A stretch of 45,394 nt of DNA from Candidatus Limnocylindria bacterium (GCA_035764845.1 DASTYP010000064.1:1-45394), one strand, 5' to 3'. Shown: positions 8,366-18,463, counted from the first letter of the stretch. A program made the numbers and translations. The notes: generated from the sequence alone by a model not told the origin.

Positions 8366-9561
8366 CGCTGCACCCCCTCGTTGCGCGGCAGCGTGACCCG
8401 GAAGAGCGCGCCGTGACCGTCCGAGCGCGGGGCGCCGATGATGGTGCCGCCGTGCCGAGCGACGATCTGCTGCGAGATGTACAGCCCAAGCCCCATGCCC
8501 TGGATGTGCTCCGCGTTCTCCCCGCGGCCGAAGGGCTCGAAGATCCGGTCCACGGAGGCCTCGTCCAGGCCGATGCCGCGGTCGCGCACCTCCAGCACGG
8601 CGCCCGCCTCCTCCTCGGCGAGCGTCACGTCGACCGGCGCTTCCGGCGGGGAGTACTTCATCGCGTTGTCGACCAGGTTGGTGACGACCTGGTCGAGGCG
8701 GGCGACGTCGCCGGGGATCCATAGCACGTCCGGACCGGTGAACCGGATGCGGTGCGTCTCGCCCTGCTCCTCGAACCGCGCGAGCACGTCTCGGACGAGC
8801 GCCGCGAGGTCCGTGGGACTGAGCTGAAGCGGCGCGTGCTCGGCGGCGAGGCGCGAGACGTCCAGCAGCTCGCGGACGAGGTCGCCCAGACGATCGGCCG
8901 CCTTCGTCATGCGCTTCAGTCCGGTGCGCAGCCGCTCGTCATCGAGCCGGTCGGCGTCGCGCGCGCGCACGAGCGACTCCGCCGAGAGCTGCAGGCTCGC
9001 GACCGGGGTCTTCAGCTCGTGGGCGGCGATGCTCAGGAACCGGTCTCGGGCGCGAAGCGCCTCCTCGGCGGCGGCGCGGGCTCGCTGCTCGACGAGGAGA
9101 GCCCGCTGCTGCTCTTCAGCGGCGCGCCGCTCGGTGAGGTCGCGCGTGATCTTGGCGTACGCGTATGGGGTGCCCTGGTCGTCGCGGAGGGCGGTGAGGA
9201 TGACGTCGGCCCAGAAGCGCGAGCCATCGCGCCGAACACGCCAGCCCTCGTCCTCGTAGCGGCCGTGCTCCGCCGCGAGGCCCAGCAGCCGCATCGGCCG
9301 TCCGGCCTCGCGCTCCTCAGGGACGTAGAAGACCGAGAAGTGCTGCCCGATGATTTCGTCGGCGGAATAGCCCTTGATGCGCTCCGCACCACTGTTCCAG
9401 GTCAGGACGTGGCCGTTCGGGTCGAGCAGGAAGATCGCGTAGTCCTGCACCGCGTCGACGAGCAGGCGGAACGCGAGCTCGCCACGCAGCTGCGGAACCC
9501 CGGCAAGCTCGTCGGGCTCGGGTCGTGGATCTTCCTGTGTCACCGACATCCGCCGGGGCAT
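8362..9561 (-). CDS. cytoplasmic PAS-domain sensor histidine kinase
   Basis: PAS block (AIFLLDPNGHVLTWNSGAERIKGYSADEIIG), H-box SIAAHELKTPV, N-box NLVDNAMKYS, G-boxes VRDRGIGL and GMGLGLYIS. No TM segments were seen. Confidence 0.85.
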   Translation of the reverse strand: MPRRMSVTQEDPRPEPDELAGVPQLRGELAFRLLVDAVQDYAIFLLDPNGHVLTWNSGAERIKGYSADEIIGQHFSVFYVPEEREAGRPMRLLGLAAEHGRYEDEGWRVRRDGSRFWADVILTALRDDQGTPYAYAKITRDLTERRAAEEQQRALLVEQRARAAAEEALRARDRFLSIAAHELKTPVASLQLSAESLVRARDADRLDDERLRTGLKRMTKAADRLGDLVRELLDVSRLAAEHAPLQLSPTDLAALVRDVLARFEEQGETHRIRFTGPDVLWIPGDVARLDQVVTNLVDNAMKYSPPEAPVDVTLAEEEAGAVLEVRDRGIGLDEASVDRIFEPFGRGENAEHIQGMGLGLYISQQIVARHGGTIIGAPRSDGHGALFRVTLPRNEGVQR

Positions 9562-9602
9562 CCTCCGCTTCCTGAGGCGGTCACCCGACCGCCGGGCACG
9601 TG

Positions 9603-10187
9603 TCAGGGCTCGGCGCGGGTCAGCTCGGAGTGCCCTCCTCGCGGGTAGACGATGAGGAGCCGGGCCGGGTCGTCGCCGATGACCTGGGCATCATGGGGGA
9701 GCGTACCGTCGAGCAGCACGTAGTCGCCCGGGCCCGCTTCCACCTCGGCCTCTCCCTGCAAGAACCGTACGCGGCCGGAGAGGACGACGTGGTGCTCGTC
9801 TCCCGGATGCTGGTGGAACCCGGTGTGCGCGCCGGCAGGCATGGTCGCCTCGAAGATCGCCACGTCCCGGGCGATGCCCCCGTCGACCTGGCTCAGCTCG
9901 CCGTCGGTCGACGGAACCTCGCGCGACGGTCGCTCGGCCGCGCGGACGACGCGCGGCGCCACGCTCTGGTCGAGCAGGAACCAGGCAATGGGGACGTCGA
10001 GCGCCTCGGCCAGCGCCGCCAGCGTCTCCAGGGACGGTGACGCCTTGTCGTTCTCGACCTGGCTCAGGTAGCCGATGTTGAGTCCCGTCACCGCGGCGAC
10101 GCGCGCCAGGGTCAGGCCGCGGTCGCGGCGGCGGCGTCGGATCTGGGCGCCGACCAGCGGCCGGCGACGGGAGGGCCCGGAGCTCAC
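9603..10187 (-). CDS. XRE-family HTH transcriptional regulator with C-terminal cupin domain
   Basis: HTH is LTLARVAAVTGLNIGYLSQVENDKASPSLETLAALAEAL, followed by the cupin motif HQHPGDEHHVVLSG. I chose the GTG start at 10185-10187. Confidence 0.8.
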   Translation of the reverse strand: MSSGPSRRRPLVGAQIRRRRRDRGLTLARVAAVTGLNIGYLSQVENDKASPSLETLAALAEALDVPIAWFLLDQSVAPRVVRAAERPSREVPSTDGELSQVDGGIARDVAIFEATMPAGAHTGFHQHPGDEHHVVLSGRVRFLQGEAEVEAGPGDYVLLDGTLPHDAQVIGDDPARLLIVYPRGGHSELTRAEP

Positions 10188-10217
10188 GGGCCGCAGTATG
10201 ACGGCCGCCGACGGGTA

Positions 10218-10246
10218 TTGACAAGGGCAAAGTCTGGGCCCACAAT
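10218..10246 (+). promoter_or_regulatory. candidate sigma70-type promoter (TTGACA-N17-CACAAT) for the F420 reductase/VOC pair; the spacer contains the palindrome TGGGCCCA
   Basis: A consensus -35 TTGACA lies at 10218-10223 and a -10-like CACAAT at 10241-10246, in the 144-nt divergent region shared with the XRE-cupin regulator. Confidence 0.4.
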
Positions 10247-10331
10247 ATGGCTCACAACAAATCCCGCTGGTCTCGAACAACACTTTCGGGCCATCCCACG
10301 GACCCGCCACTTGCACAGAAAGGAACCACCA

Positions 10332-10946
10332 ATGAAGGTCGCCATCATCGGAGCCGGCAACGTCGGTAAGGCGCTCGCCACCTCCATCAGCCGGGCCGGA
10401 CACGAGGTCACCATCAGCGCCAGCACGCCGGAGAGCGCGCTGGAGGCTGCGGACGCCGTCGGCGTCACCGCGGCCGAGAGCAACGTCGACGCGGCGCAGC
10501 AGGCGGGCGTCATCATCCTGGCCGTCCCGTACGTCGGTGCCGGACCGGAGGTCGCGCAGGAGATTCGCGACGCGGTCGCGGGCAAGACGGTGGTCGATGC
10601 CACCAATCCGCTGAAGCCGGACTACAGCGGCCTCGCCACGTCGGGGACGTCGGCGGCCGAGGAGTTCCAGAAGCTGCTGCCGGACGCACGCGTGGTCAAG
10701 GCGTTCAACACCATCTTCGCGGCCAACCAGGCGTCGCCATCGCCCGAGGTCGACGCCTACGTCGCCGGCGACGACGGCGAGGCGAAGCGGCAGGTCATCG
10801 GCCTGGCTGAGTCGCTCGGCTTCACGCCGCTCGACGTCGGGCCACTGAGCGCCGCGCGAACGCTCGAGGGCATGGCGTACGTCAACATCGGCCTCAACGC
10901 GGCCAACGGCTGGTCCTGGACCTCGGCCTGGAAGCTCGAGCGCTGA
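10332..10946 (+). CDS. npdG: NADPH-dependent F420 reductase (NpdG-like NADP oxidoreductase)
   Basis: 204 aa from ATG 10332 with SD GAAAGGA. Has the Rossmann motif KVAIIGAGNVGKAL and conserved blocks AVPY, DATNP and VVKAFN. Confidence 0.75.
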   Translation: MKVAIIGAGNVGKALATSISRAGHEVTISASTPESALEAADAVGVTAAESNVDAAQQAGVIILAVPYVGAGPEVAQEIRDAVAGKTVVDATNPLKPDYSGLATSGTSAAEEFQKLLPDARVVKAFNTIFAANQASPSPEVDAYVAGDDGEAKRQVIGLAESLGFTPLDVGPLSAARTLEGMAYVNIGLNAANGWSWTSAWKLER

Positions 10947-10948
10947 CG

Positions 10949-11425
10949 ATGGCCGTCACCCGACTCAACCACGCCGTCCTCTTCGTCCGCGATCTGGACG
11001 CGGCCGCGGACTTCTACCGCAGGGCCTTCGGGTTCGTCGAGGTCGACCGGCCGAGCGGCATGCGCGCAGCGTTCCTGCGCGCGGCGGCCGGCGACAACCA
11101 CCACGACCTCGGGCTCTTCGAGGTCGGCGGCTCGGCGGGACGGCCGTCCAGCGGCAGCACCGGTCTGTACCATCTGGCCTGGGAGGTCGACACCATCGAG
11201 AGCCTGGCGGAGATGGCCGGAACGCTGCGAGAGCTGGGTGCCCTGACCGGCGCCTCGGACCACGGGGTCAGCAAGTCGCTGTACGGACGCGATCCCGATG
11301 GCATCGAGTTCGAGGTCATGTGGCGCGTGCCGCAGGAGGCCTGGGGCCGATTCGCCGAGCAGGCCGTGGTCATGCCACTCGACCTCGACGCGGAGCTGAA
11401 GCGCTGGAGCGCCGCCTCGGTGTGA
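10949..11425 (+). CDS. VOC family protein (glyoxalase/extradiol dioxygenase fold)
   Basis: 158 aa with LNHAVLFVRDLDAAADFY, HHDLGLF, YHLAW and DPDGIEFE, typical of VOC metal-binding modules. Confidence 0.8.
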   Translation: MAVTRLNHAVLFVRDLDAAADFYRRAFGFVEVDRPSGMRAAFLRAAAGDNHHDLGLFEVGGSAGRPSSGSTGLYHLAWEVDTIESLAEMAGTLRELGALTGASDHGVSKSLYGRDPDGIEFEVMWRVPQEAWGRFAEQAVVMPLDLDAELKRWSAASV

Positions 11426-11441
11426 CGGAGCGCTCCGAGGC

Positions 11442-13376
11442 ATGAAGGAGACCGGCGGTCGCGGGACCCGCTATCACGGCGAGACCGCGGCCGCCGCGCC
11501 GCGCCTGGCGGCACTCCGCAGCTTCCTGCAGACCGAGGCGGGCGGCGCGGTCGTGCTGCTGGCCGCGACGGTGGTCGCGCTGGCCTGGGCCAACTCGCCG
11601 TGGCGCGACGCGTACCACGCCCTGTGGGCGACCGAGGTCGGTCTGACCATCGGCGACTGGTCCCTGCGCTACGACCTCGGCCACTGGGTCAACGACGGCC
11701 TGATGGTCATCTTCTTCCTGCTCATCGGGCTGGAGGTGCGGCGCGAGTTCGACATGGGCGAGTTCCGCGAGCGCCGGCGGGTCGCCGTCCCGGTCCTCGC
11801 GGCGCTCGGCGGGATGTTGCTGCCGGTCGCGATCTTCCTCTTCCTGGCGCCGGACGGCGACGCCGCGCGGGGCTGGGCGATGGTCATGGCCACCGACACG
11901 GCCTTCGCGGTCGGGGTGCTGGCCCTGGTCGGCCGCCGCAGCTCGTTCCGGTTGCGGACCTTCCTGCTGACGCTGGTCATCGTGGACGACGTGGCGGCCG
12001 TGGTCGTCATCGCGCTCTTCTACAGCACCAACGTCGAGCTCCTCGCCCTGGGGATCGCCGCCGCGCTGCTGGTCCTGATGGCCGTGCTGCGCCGCGTGGG
12101 CGTGATGCGGAGCGACGTGTACGTGCTCCTGTCGGTGGCCATCTGGCTCGCGACCCTGCAGTCGGGCGTGCACCCCACCGTCGCCGGCGTGGCGATCGGC
12201 CTGCTCACCAGCGCCTACCCACCGAGGCGGACGAGCCTCGAGGAGGCGACCGGCGTGACACGCCTCTTCCGCCAGCGACCGACGCCGGAACTGGCCCTGG
12301 AGGCGGCGCGCCGAATCCGGACGTCCCTCTCCCCCAACGAGCGACTGCAACACGGCCTCCACCCGGTCAGCAGCTTCGTGGTCGTGCCGATCTTCGCGCT
12401 GGCGAACGCCGGGGTGGATCTCGGCGGCGACATCCTCGGCCGCGTCCTCGGCTCGCCGCTCGTTCTCGCCATCGTGCTCGGCCTGGTGGCCGGCAAGTCG
12501 GTCGGCATCCCCATCGGCTCGTGGCTGGCCACCCGCCGCTGGCTCGGTGGCCAGGCGCTCGCCGTCGGCTGGCCGTCGCTGGTGGCCGCCTCGTCGGTCG
12601 CGGGCATCGGCTTCACGATGTCGCTCCTGATCGCCGAGCTGAGCTACACCGGCGAGACGCTGGACGAGGCCAAGCTGGGCATCCTCCTCGCGTCGAGCGT
12701 GGCAGCCGTCCTCAGCGTCGGCATGTTCCACGCCGTGGCCCTGCTGCCTCGCGAGCTGCTGTCGCGCGCGGAGGCCATGACCTCCCGACCGCTCTCGGAC
12801 CTGACCGATGCGGTCGACCCCGTCCGAGATCACGTGCGCGGACCGCTCGACGCTCCCGTCACCCTGGTCGAGTACGGCGACTACGAGTGCCCGCACTGCG
12901 GCAGGGTCGCGCCCGTGATCCGCGAGCTGCTCGCCCGATTCGAGGGGCGCCTCCGATTCGTCTGGCGGCACCTGCCGCTGACCGACGTCCACCCCAACGC
13001 GGCACTCGCGGCGCAGGCCGCGGAAGCGGCCGGTGCCCAGGGGCGGTACTGGGAGATGCACGACGCGCTGTTCGAACACCAGGATGCGCTCGACCCGGTG
13101 TCGCTGCGCGGCCACGCCGAACGGCTGGGCCTGGACGTGGCCGCGTTCGAGGCGGACCTGCACGACGGTCGCCATGCCGGCCGCGTCGCGCAGGACGTGA
13201 ACTCCGCCGAGGAGGCCGGCGTGGCCGGGACGCCGAGCTTCTTCATCAACGAGGTCCGCTACCGCGGCTCGTACGACCTCGACTCGCTCGACCGGCTGGT
13301 GCGACGCGTGCTCCGCCTGGTCGAGAGCCGAGCGACGGCGGCCGCTGCGACGACCGAAGAGCGAGCCGCCGACTAG
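11442..13376 (+). CDS. nhaA: Na+/H+ antiporter NhaA fused to a C-terminal DsbA-like thioredoxin domain
   Basis: The NhaA core has WVNDGLMVIFFLLIGLEVRRE, ATDTAFAVGVL and IVDDV motifs. The C-terminal roughly 200 aa carries VEYGDYECPHCG (CxxC) and a GTPSFFIN block. Confidence 0.85.
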   Translation: MKETGGRGTRYHGETAAAAPRLAALRSFLQTEAGGAVVLLAATVVALAWANSPWRDAYHALWATEVGLTIGDWSLRYDLGHWVNDGLMVIFFLLIGLEVRREFDMGEFRERRRVAVPVLAALGGMLLPVAIFLFLAPDGDAARGWAMVMATDTAFAVGVLALVGRRSSFRLRTFLLTLVIVDDVAAVVVIALFYSTNVELLALGIAAALLVLMAVLRRVGVMRSDVYVLLSVAIWLATLQSGVHPTVAGVAIGLLTSAYPPRRTSLEEATGVTRLFRQRPTPELALEAARRIRTSLSPNERLQHGLHPVSSFVVVPIFALANAGVDLGGDILGRVLGSPLVLAIVLGLVAGKSVGIPIGSWLATRRWLGGQALAVGWPSLVAASSVAGIGFTMSLLIAELSYTGETLDEAKLGILLASSVAAVLSVGMFHAVALLPRELLSRAEAMTSRPLSDLTDAVDPVRDHVRGPLDAPVTLVEYGDYECPHCGRVAPVIRELLARFEGRLRFVWRHLPLTDVHPNAALAAQAAEAAGAQGRYWEMHDALFEHQDALDPVSLRGHAERLGLDVAAFEADLHDGRHAGRVAQDVNSAEEAGVAGTPSFFINEVRYRGSYDLDSLDRLVRRVLRLVESRATAAAATTEERAAD

Positions 13377-13858
13377 CGGGCGAGGCCGTCCAGCTGGTCC
13401 GCGTGCTCCTCGAGGTGCGCGGCGATGAAGTGCTCGACCAGCCGTTCGACGGTCATCTCGCCGAGCGTGGGGTGAACGCCGACCCGGCGCCAGGCCTCGG
13501 GCGGCCAGCCGCGCGCCGCATCGGTCACGCGCGCCAGCGACTCCCGAACGCGCGCCAGCAGCGCCGCCGGGTCGGTATGGCGGTCGCGCTCGATGGCCGC
13601 GATGCGATCCGCATCGGCCTTGGTGCGCCCGAACGGGACCGGCGAATCACTCGCACCGCCGATCACGCGCTCGGCCTGGGCCAGCCAGTAGTCGGGAAAC
13701 TCGGCCAGGTGCGCCCACACCTGGCCCGCCTCCCAGCGCTCCTCGCCGCCGGGATCGGGGTCGGTCAGGCCGGCGGGGATCGGCGCATCCGCATGCTCGA
13801 CGAGCCGTCGTTCGGCATCCGCCATGCGCGCCAGGAGGTTGTCGACGCTCGCGCTCAT
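13373..13858 (-). CDS. DinB-family protein (DinB_2 / MDMPI-N-like four-helix bundle)
   Basis: 161 aa with a His-triad-like pattern (WAHLAEF ... HFIAAHLEEHADQL). An ATGA overlap joins it to the upstream FAH gene. Confidence 0.65.
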   Translation of the reverse strand: MSASVDNLLARMADAERRLVEHADAPIPAGLTDPDPGGEERWEAGQVWAHLAEFPDYWLAQAERVIGGASDSPVPFGRTKADADRIAAIERDRHTDPAALLARVRESLARVTDAARGWPPEAWRRVGVHPTLGEMTVERLVEHFIAAHLEEHADQLDGLAR

Positions 13859-14847
13859 CGCCCGGGGCGCTCCACCACGGTCGTCGTCTGCTCACCCAGC
13901 CGCTCGATGGCGAGAGTCACGACGTCACCCGGCTGCAGGTAGCGCTTCAGCTTCTGGTCGCGGACCTCGAGCAGGCAGCCGAACCCGACGGTCCCGGAGC
14001 CGATGAGGTCGCCCGGACGCAGCCGCACGTCGGCCGACGCGCGCTCGATCATCTGCCCGAAGCTGAAGTGGGCGCTGGACCACGTGCCACGCGAGAGCTC
14101 CTCGCCGTTGACGGATGCGGTCATCGTGAGCTCGTATCCGGTCTCGCGGCGGGCATCCGCCAGCTCGTCGGGTGTGACCAGCCACGGACCGATGGTGGAG
14201 GCGAAATCCTTGCCCTTGGCCGGGCCGAGCCGCACGGTCGTCTCCTCGCGCTGGAGGTCGCGCGCCGACCAGTCGTTGAGGATGGTGTAGCCCCCGATCG
14301 CCTCCTCGCCGCGCGACGCCTCGAGGTCGCGAACCGGCGTGTCGACCAGCGCGGCGACCTCGAGCTCGTAGTCCAGCTCGCTGCTGCCCCGCGGCGCCCA
14401 CACCGGCTCACCCGGGCCGCGCATCTCGCTGATGTTGCTGAAGTAGAAGATCGGGAGGCGGTACCACGCCTCCGGAATCTCCATGTCGCGCCGCTTCCAC
14501 ATCGTCCCGACGTGCTGCTCGAAGGCGTAGAAGTCGCGGAAGGTCGGCGGCTCCAGGATCGGCGGGCCGAAGGCGAGATCGGCGGCGTCCATCGGCTCCT
14601 CCGGCTCGGCGTCGAGCAGGTCGGCCAGCGCGTCGACCCGCAGGCCGCGCGCGAGGTGCTCGTCCAGCGTGGTGACCGGCTGCCGGAAGAGGACGCTGTT
14701 GTGGGCGCGGCGCGGATCCGCGGCGACCAGTGAGCGACGGGCCTCCTCGAGGTCGTGCCAGCGCGCTCCCTCGGCATCGAGGGCCGCGGCCAGGCGCCAC
14801 GCGGCGCCGGCTGGGGCGTGGCGGGAGCGAACGTGAGCGATCTTCAT
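13855..14847 (-). CDS. fumarylacetoacetate hydrolase (FAH) family enzyme, fumarylacetoacetase-like
   Basis: 330 aa. FRDFYAFEQHVGTMWKRR resembles the FAH DFYSS.QHATNVG block. DYELEVA, GYTILNDWSARD, GKDFA and GDLIGSGT are typical FAH-fold motifs. Confidence 0.75.
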   Translation of the reverse strand: MKIAHVRSRHAPAGAAWRLAAALDAEGARWHDLEEARRSLVAADPRRAHNSVLFRQPVTTLDEHLARGLRVDALADLLDAEPEEPMDAADLAFGPPILEPPTFRDFYAFEQHVGTMWKRRDMEIPEAWYRLPIFYFSNISEMRGPGEPVWAPRGSSELDYELEVAALVDTPVRDLEASRGEEAIGGYTILNDWSARDLQREETTVRLGPAKGKDFASTIGPWLVTPDELADARRETGYELTMTASVNGEELSRGTWSSAHFSFGQMIERASADVRLRPGDLIGSGTVGFGCLLEVRDQKLKRYLQPGDVVTLAIERLGEQTTTVVERPGR

Positions 14848-14874
14848 CGCCGCCAGTGTAGGGCGGCGAGGCCG

Positions 14875-16224
14875 TCAGCCCGGCCGGAGGCGATCCCGCA
14901 GCCGTCGCCAGCGACCGATGGCGCGCCGATGCTCGGCCGCGGTGATGGGTCGGTCGGCGTAGCGGGCGAGGGCGTAGTCGGCCTGGAGCGCCGCCAGCTC
15001 CGGCCCCAGGCTCGCGCGGCGCGCGTGGGCCCGCGGTGTCTCGTTCGGCTGGCGCGCCGCCGTTGGCCGCTGCTCGCGAATCGCCTCCAGCGCGGCGAGG
15101 TACGCGGTGACGGCGTCTCGCGCAATCACCGGCGCCGCCGGTCGGGCCGGTTGCGCGCGACCGACGCGCGGCAGGCGGAAGAGGCCCGGCGGGATGCGGA
15201 TCGATCGCTCCTCGTTTGCACTGCCGCCCCCGCGGCGCGCCCGGGCGCGCATCCAGACGCGGAGCAGGACCACGCCCAGCACGATCAGCAGCCCCCACAC
15301 CACGATGACGATGACGATGGGCCCGCGCAGCTGCTCGACGGTGAACTTGGGCACCTCCTGGAGGCGCGCGATCTGGTCGGGGGTCATCGGCGGCGGCAGC
15401 TCGAACCCGAACGAGCGGATGCCCCGGGCCAGGATCGAGGCGATGAGGGCGGCGATGGCGGCGAACGTGACGAGGATGTAGCCGAGGATGCCGAGGACCG
15501 GCTCGAGGATGCCGCGCGCGACCGCATCGGCGGGGAGGTCGAGCAGCCAGGCCGCGGGCAGGCCGATACCGACCACCAGCGCCAGCACCGCCAGCACGGT
15601 GCCGAGCCATGATCGGTCGCGGCGCCAGTCCACACCGGTCTGGCGGCCGATCTCCTGGAGCCGAGCCAGGCCGGCGGCGGTGAAGCCCGCCGTCAGGAAG
15701 GTGAGGCTGGACACGAAGGCGGCATCGGTGAAGACGGGGCGCAGCGCCGGGCTGGAGAACTGGCCGAACGCCCACGGCGCGGCCAGCGCGGGGAGACCGA
15801 CGAGGACCAGCCGTGTCAGTGCCCGATCATCCGTGAGCTCGGCGCGCCCGACGCCGCGCATCCCGGCGACGAGCATCAGCCAGCCGCCGGGGTGGTGGAG
15901 CAGCGCGTCGATCGGGTTCCCGGCAAGCAGCAGGTCGCGCGCCTCCGACGACCACAGCCAGCCGACGATCCCCAGCCCCAGCAACAGCAGCACGAAGCTG
16001 GTCGGCTCCTCGTCCGGCTGCACCCAGCGGCGCTGGGCCGCGAGGGCCGTGATGCCGGCGGCCACCGAGAGCTCCAGGGTGCCGAGGAGCGGAGCCCGCG
16101 CGTCCAGGGTCGTCTCGATGGCGACGTACACCACGCCCAGGAACGCTCCCTCCGCGACGACGGCGAGGACGGGCAGCAGCCAGCCCAGCAGGCGGTCAGT
16201 CAGCGAGGACCAGCGCATGCGCAT
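14875..16224 (-). CDS. polytopic membrane protein with C-terminal DUF4129-like domain
   Basis: 449 aa with multiple hydrophobic helices, then a cytoplasmic Arg-rich tail ...ETPRAHARR...LQADYALARYADRPITAAEHRRAIGRW, typical of DUF4129. The protein contains no Cys at all. Confidence 0.65.
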   Translation of the reverse strand: MRMRWSSLTDRLLGWLLPVLAVVAEGAFLGVVYVAIETTLDARAPLLGTLELSVAAGITALAAQRRWVQPDEEPTSFVLLLLGLGIVGWLWSSEARDLLLAGNPIDALLHHPGGWLMLVAGMRGVGRAELTDDRALTRLVLVGLPALAAPWAFGQFSSPALRPVFTDAAFVSSLTFLTAGFTAAGLARLQEIGRQTGVDWRRDRSWLGTVLAVLALVVGIGLPAAWLLDLPADAVARGILEPVLGILGYILVTFAAIAALIASILARGIRSFGFELPPPMTPDQIARLQEVPKFTVEQLRGPIVIVIVVWGLLIVLGVVLLRVWMRARARRGGGSANEERSIRIPPGLFRLPRVGRAQPARPAAPVIARDAVTAYLAALEAIREQRPTAARQPNETPRAHARRASLGPELAALQADYALARYADRPITAAEHRRAIGRWRRLRDRLRPG

Positions 16225-17431
16225 CCCTCCATCCGGGGTCCAGGCTTCCCGTACGGGCGCGCAGGCCGGCGGCGCGCGCGGTGCCCCGTGCGGCCTCCCG
16301 CTCGGGCCCGAGCGCGACGTGGTCGACCGTGTAGCCCGAGCCGCGCAGCCGCCGCATCGGGTCCAGGTACGGCGCCGGGTCGCGGGCGCTGAGCACCACC
16401 ACGGAGCCGCCCGGCACGAAGAGGCGCGGCACCGCGTCCAGCAGCGTCTCGAACGGCAGCGACACGATCGGCTGGACGCGGGCGAGGACGTCGTCGATCC
16501 GTCCCAGCTGTCCGGGTGCGGCCGTCGGTGGGACGTACGCCCAGCGCCGTCCGCCGGCGAGCTGCGTCCCCAGCAGCAGGCCGCAGGCGGCGCCGTCGCG
16601 CAGGATCCGGCGCGCGAGCGAGGAGACGGCGACGCACAGCGCCTCCACCTGCTCGTCGTCGAACAGCATCAGCCAGTACGCGCCGGGCACGGTCTGGAGG
16701 TCGACGGCCAGCAGCACCTGGCGCTCGCGCACCGGCTCGTAGCGCCGGGAGACCGGCGCTCGGGTTCGGGCGGTCGCGCGCCAGTGGATCCGGCGCATCG
16801 GGTCGCCGCGCTGGTACGGGCGCACGCCGGCGAAGCGCGCGGGGTCGGTGAACAGGCTGGCCGGCACCCGGTGGCTGCCCAGCGGCGCCATCGCTCGTTC
16901 CATGCTGCGAACGGGCACGCTCCGGGGGCGGACCAGGAGCTCGGCCGGCAGCTCCCGCTCGTCGCTCCGCGTCCCGCGGTCGAACAGGTCGCTCACCGTC
17001 AGCCGCACCGGACCGAGCACGAAGACGCCGCGGCGACGCGCGTCGATGGTCAGGCGCCGCACGACGCGCTCGAACCACAGCAGCGACCAGGCGTTGCGCA
17101 GCGTGCCGCGCCCGGGCCGCTCGCTGGGCCCGAGCGTGTGGCCCGCGACGCGAAGCGTATCGGTCACGTGGTCGTCGGCGGTCAGCAGGGGCACCGGCAG
17201 CAGCTTGCGGTTCCAGACCTCCAGCTCCATCGGCACCTGGTCGCCCCATACCGCTCGGTCGGTCGCGAGTCGGCGGTCGAAGGCGATGGATTCGAGGCCG
17301 AAGCGCGACCACAGCGTGATCAGCCAGCGCGAGAGGAGCGTCAAACCGCCAACCAGGGCGAGCCCCGGAGCACCGATCGCCGCGCCGATGACGATCAGCC
17401 CGAGGCCGAACAGGGTCCAGCCGGCCGCCAT
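16196..17431 (-). CDS. DUF58 domain protein (vWA-like, MoxR-associated)
   Basis: 411 aa with two N-terminal TM helices and the hallmark block GVRPYQRGDPMRRIHWRATAR. Position is immediately downstream of the MoxR ATPase. Confidence 0.8.
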   Translation of the reverse strand: MAAGWTLFGLGLIVIGAAIGAPGLALVGGLTLLSRWLITLWSRFGLESIAFDRRLATDRAVWGDQVPMELEVWNRKLLPVPLLTADDHVTDTLRVAGHTLGPSERPGRGTLRNAWSLLWFERVVRRLTIDARRRGVFVLGPVRLTVSDLFDRGTRSDERELPAELLVRPRSVPVRSMERAMAPLGSHRVPASLFTDPARFAGVRPYQRGDPMRRIHWRATARTRAPVSRRYEPVRERQVLLAVDLQTVPGAYWLMLFDDEQVEALCVAVSSLARRILRDGAACGLLLGTQLAGGRRWAYVPPTAAPGQLGRIDDVLARVQPIVSLPFETLLDAVPRLFVPGGSVVVLSARDPAPYLDPMRRLRGSGYTVDHVALGPEREAARGTARAAGLRARTGSLDPGWRDAHALVLAD

Positions 17432-17440
17432 GCGACGGCC

Positions 17441-18397
<957 letters not shown>

Positions 18398-18463
18398 CGT
18401 CGGAGGATACGTCCGCGAAGGGCCTGCACGTTCAACGCGGCAACCGTATCGTTCGCTGCGCCG

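Noticed and set aside
11370-13942. Long ORFs 11370..13175 (minus, 601 aa) and 11600..13942 (plus, 780 aa) overlapping nhaA.
   Set aside because: Both are alternative-frame or antisense readings of the NhaA-DsbA gene. Their composition is extremely Arg/Gly/Pro/Asp-rich and they have no motifs, whereas the 11442..13376 frame has clear NhaA and CxxC motifs.
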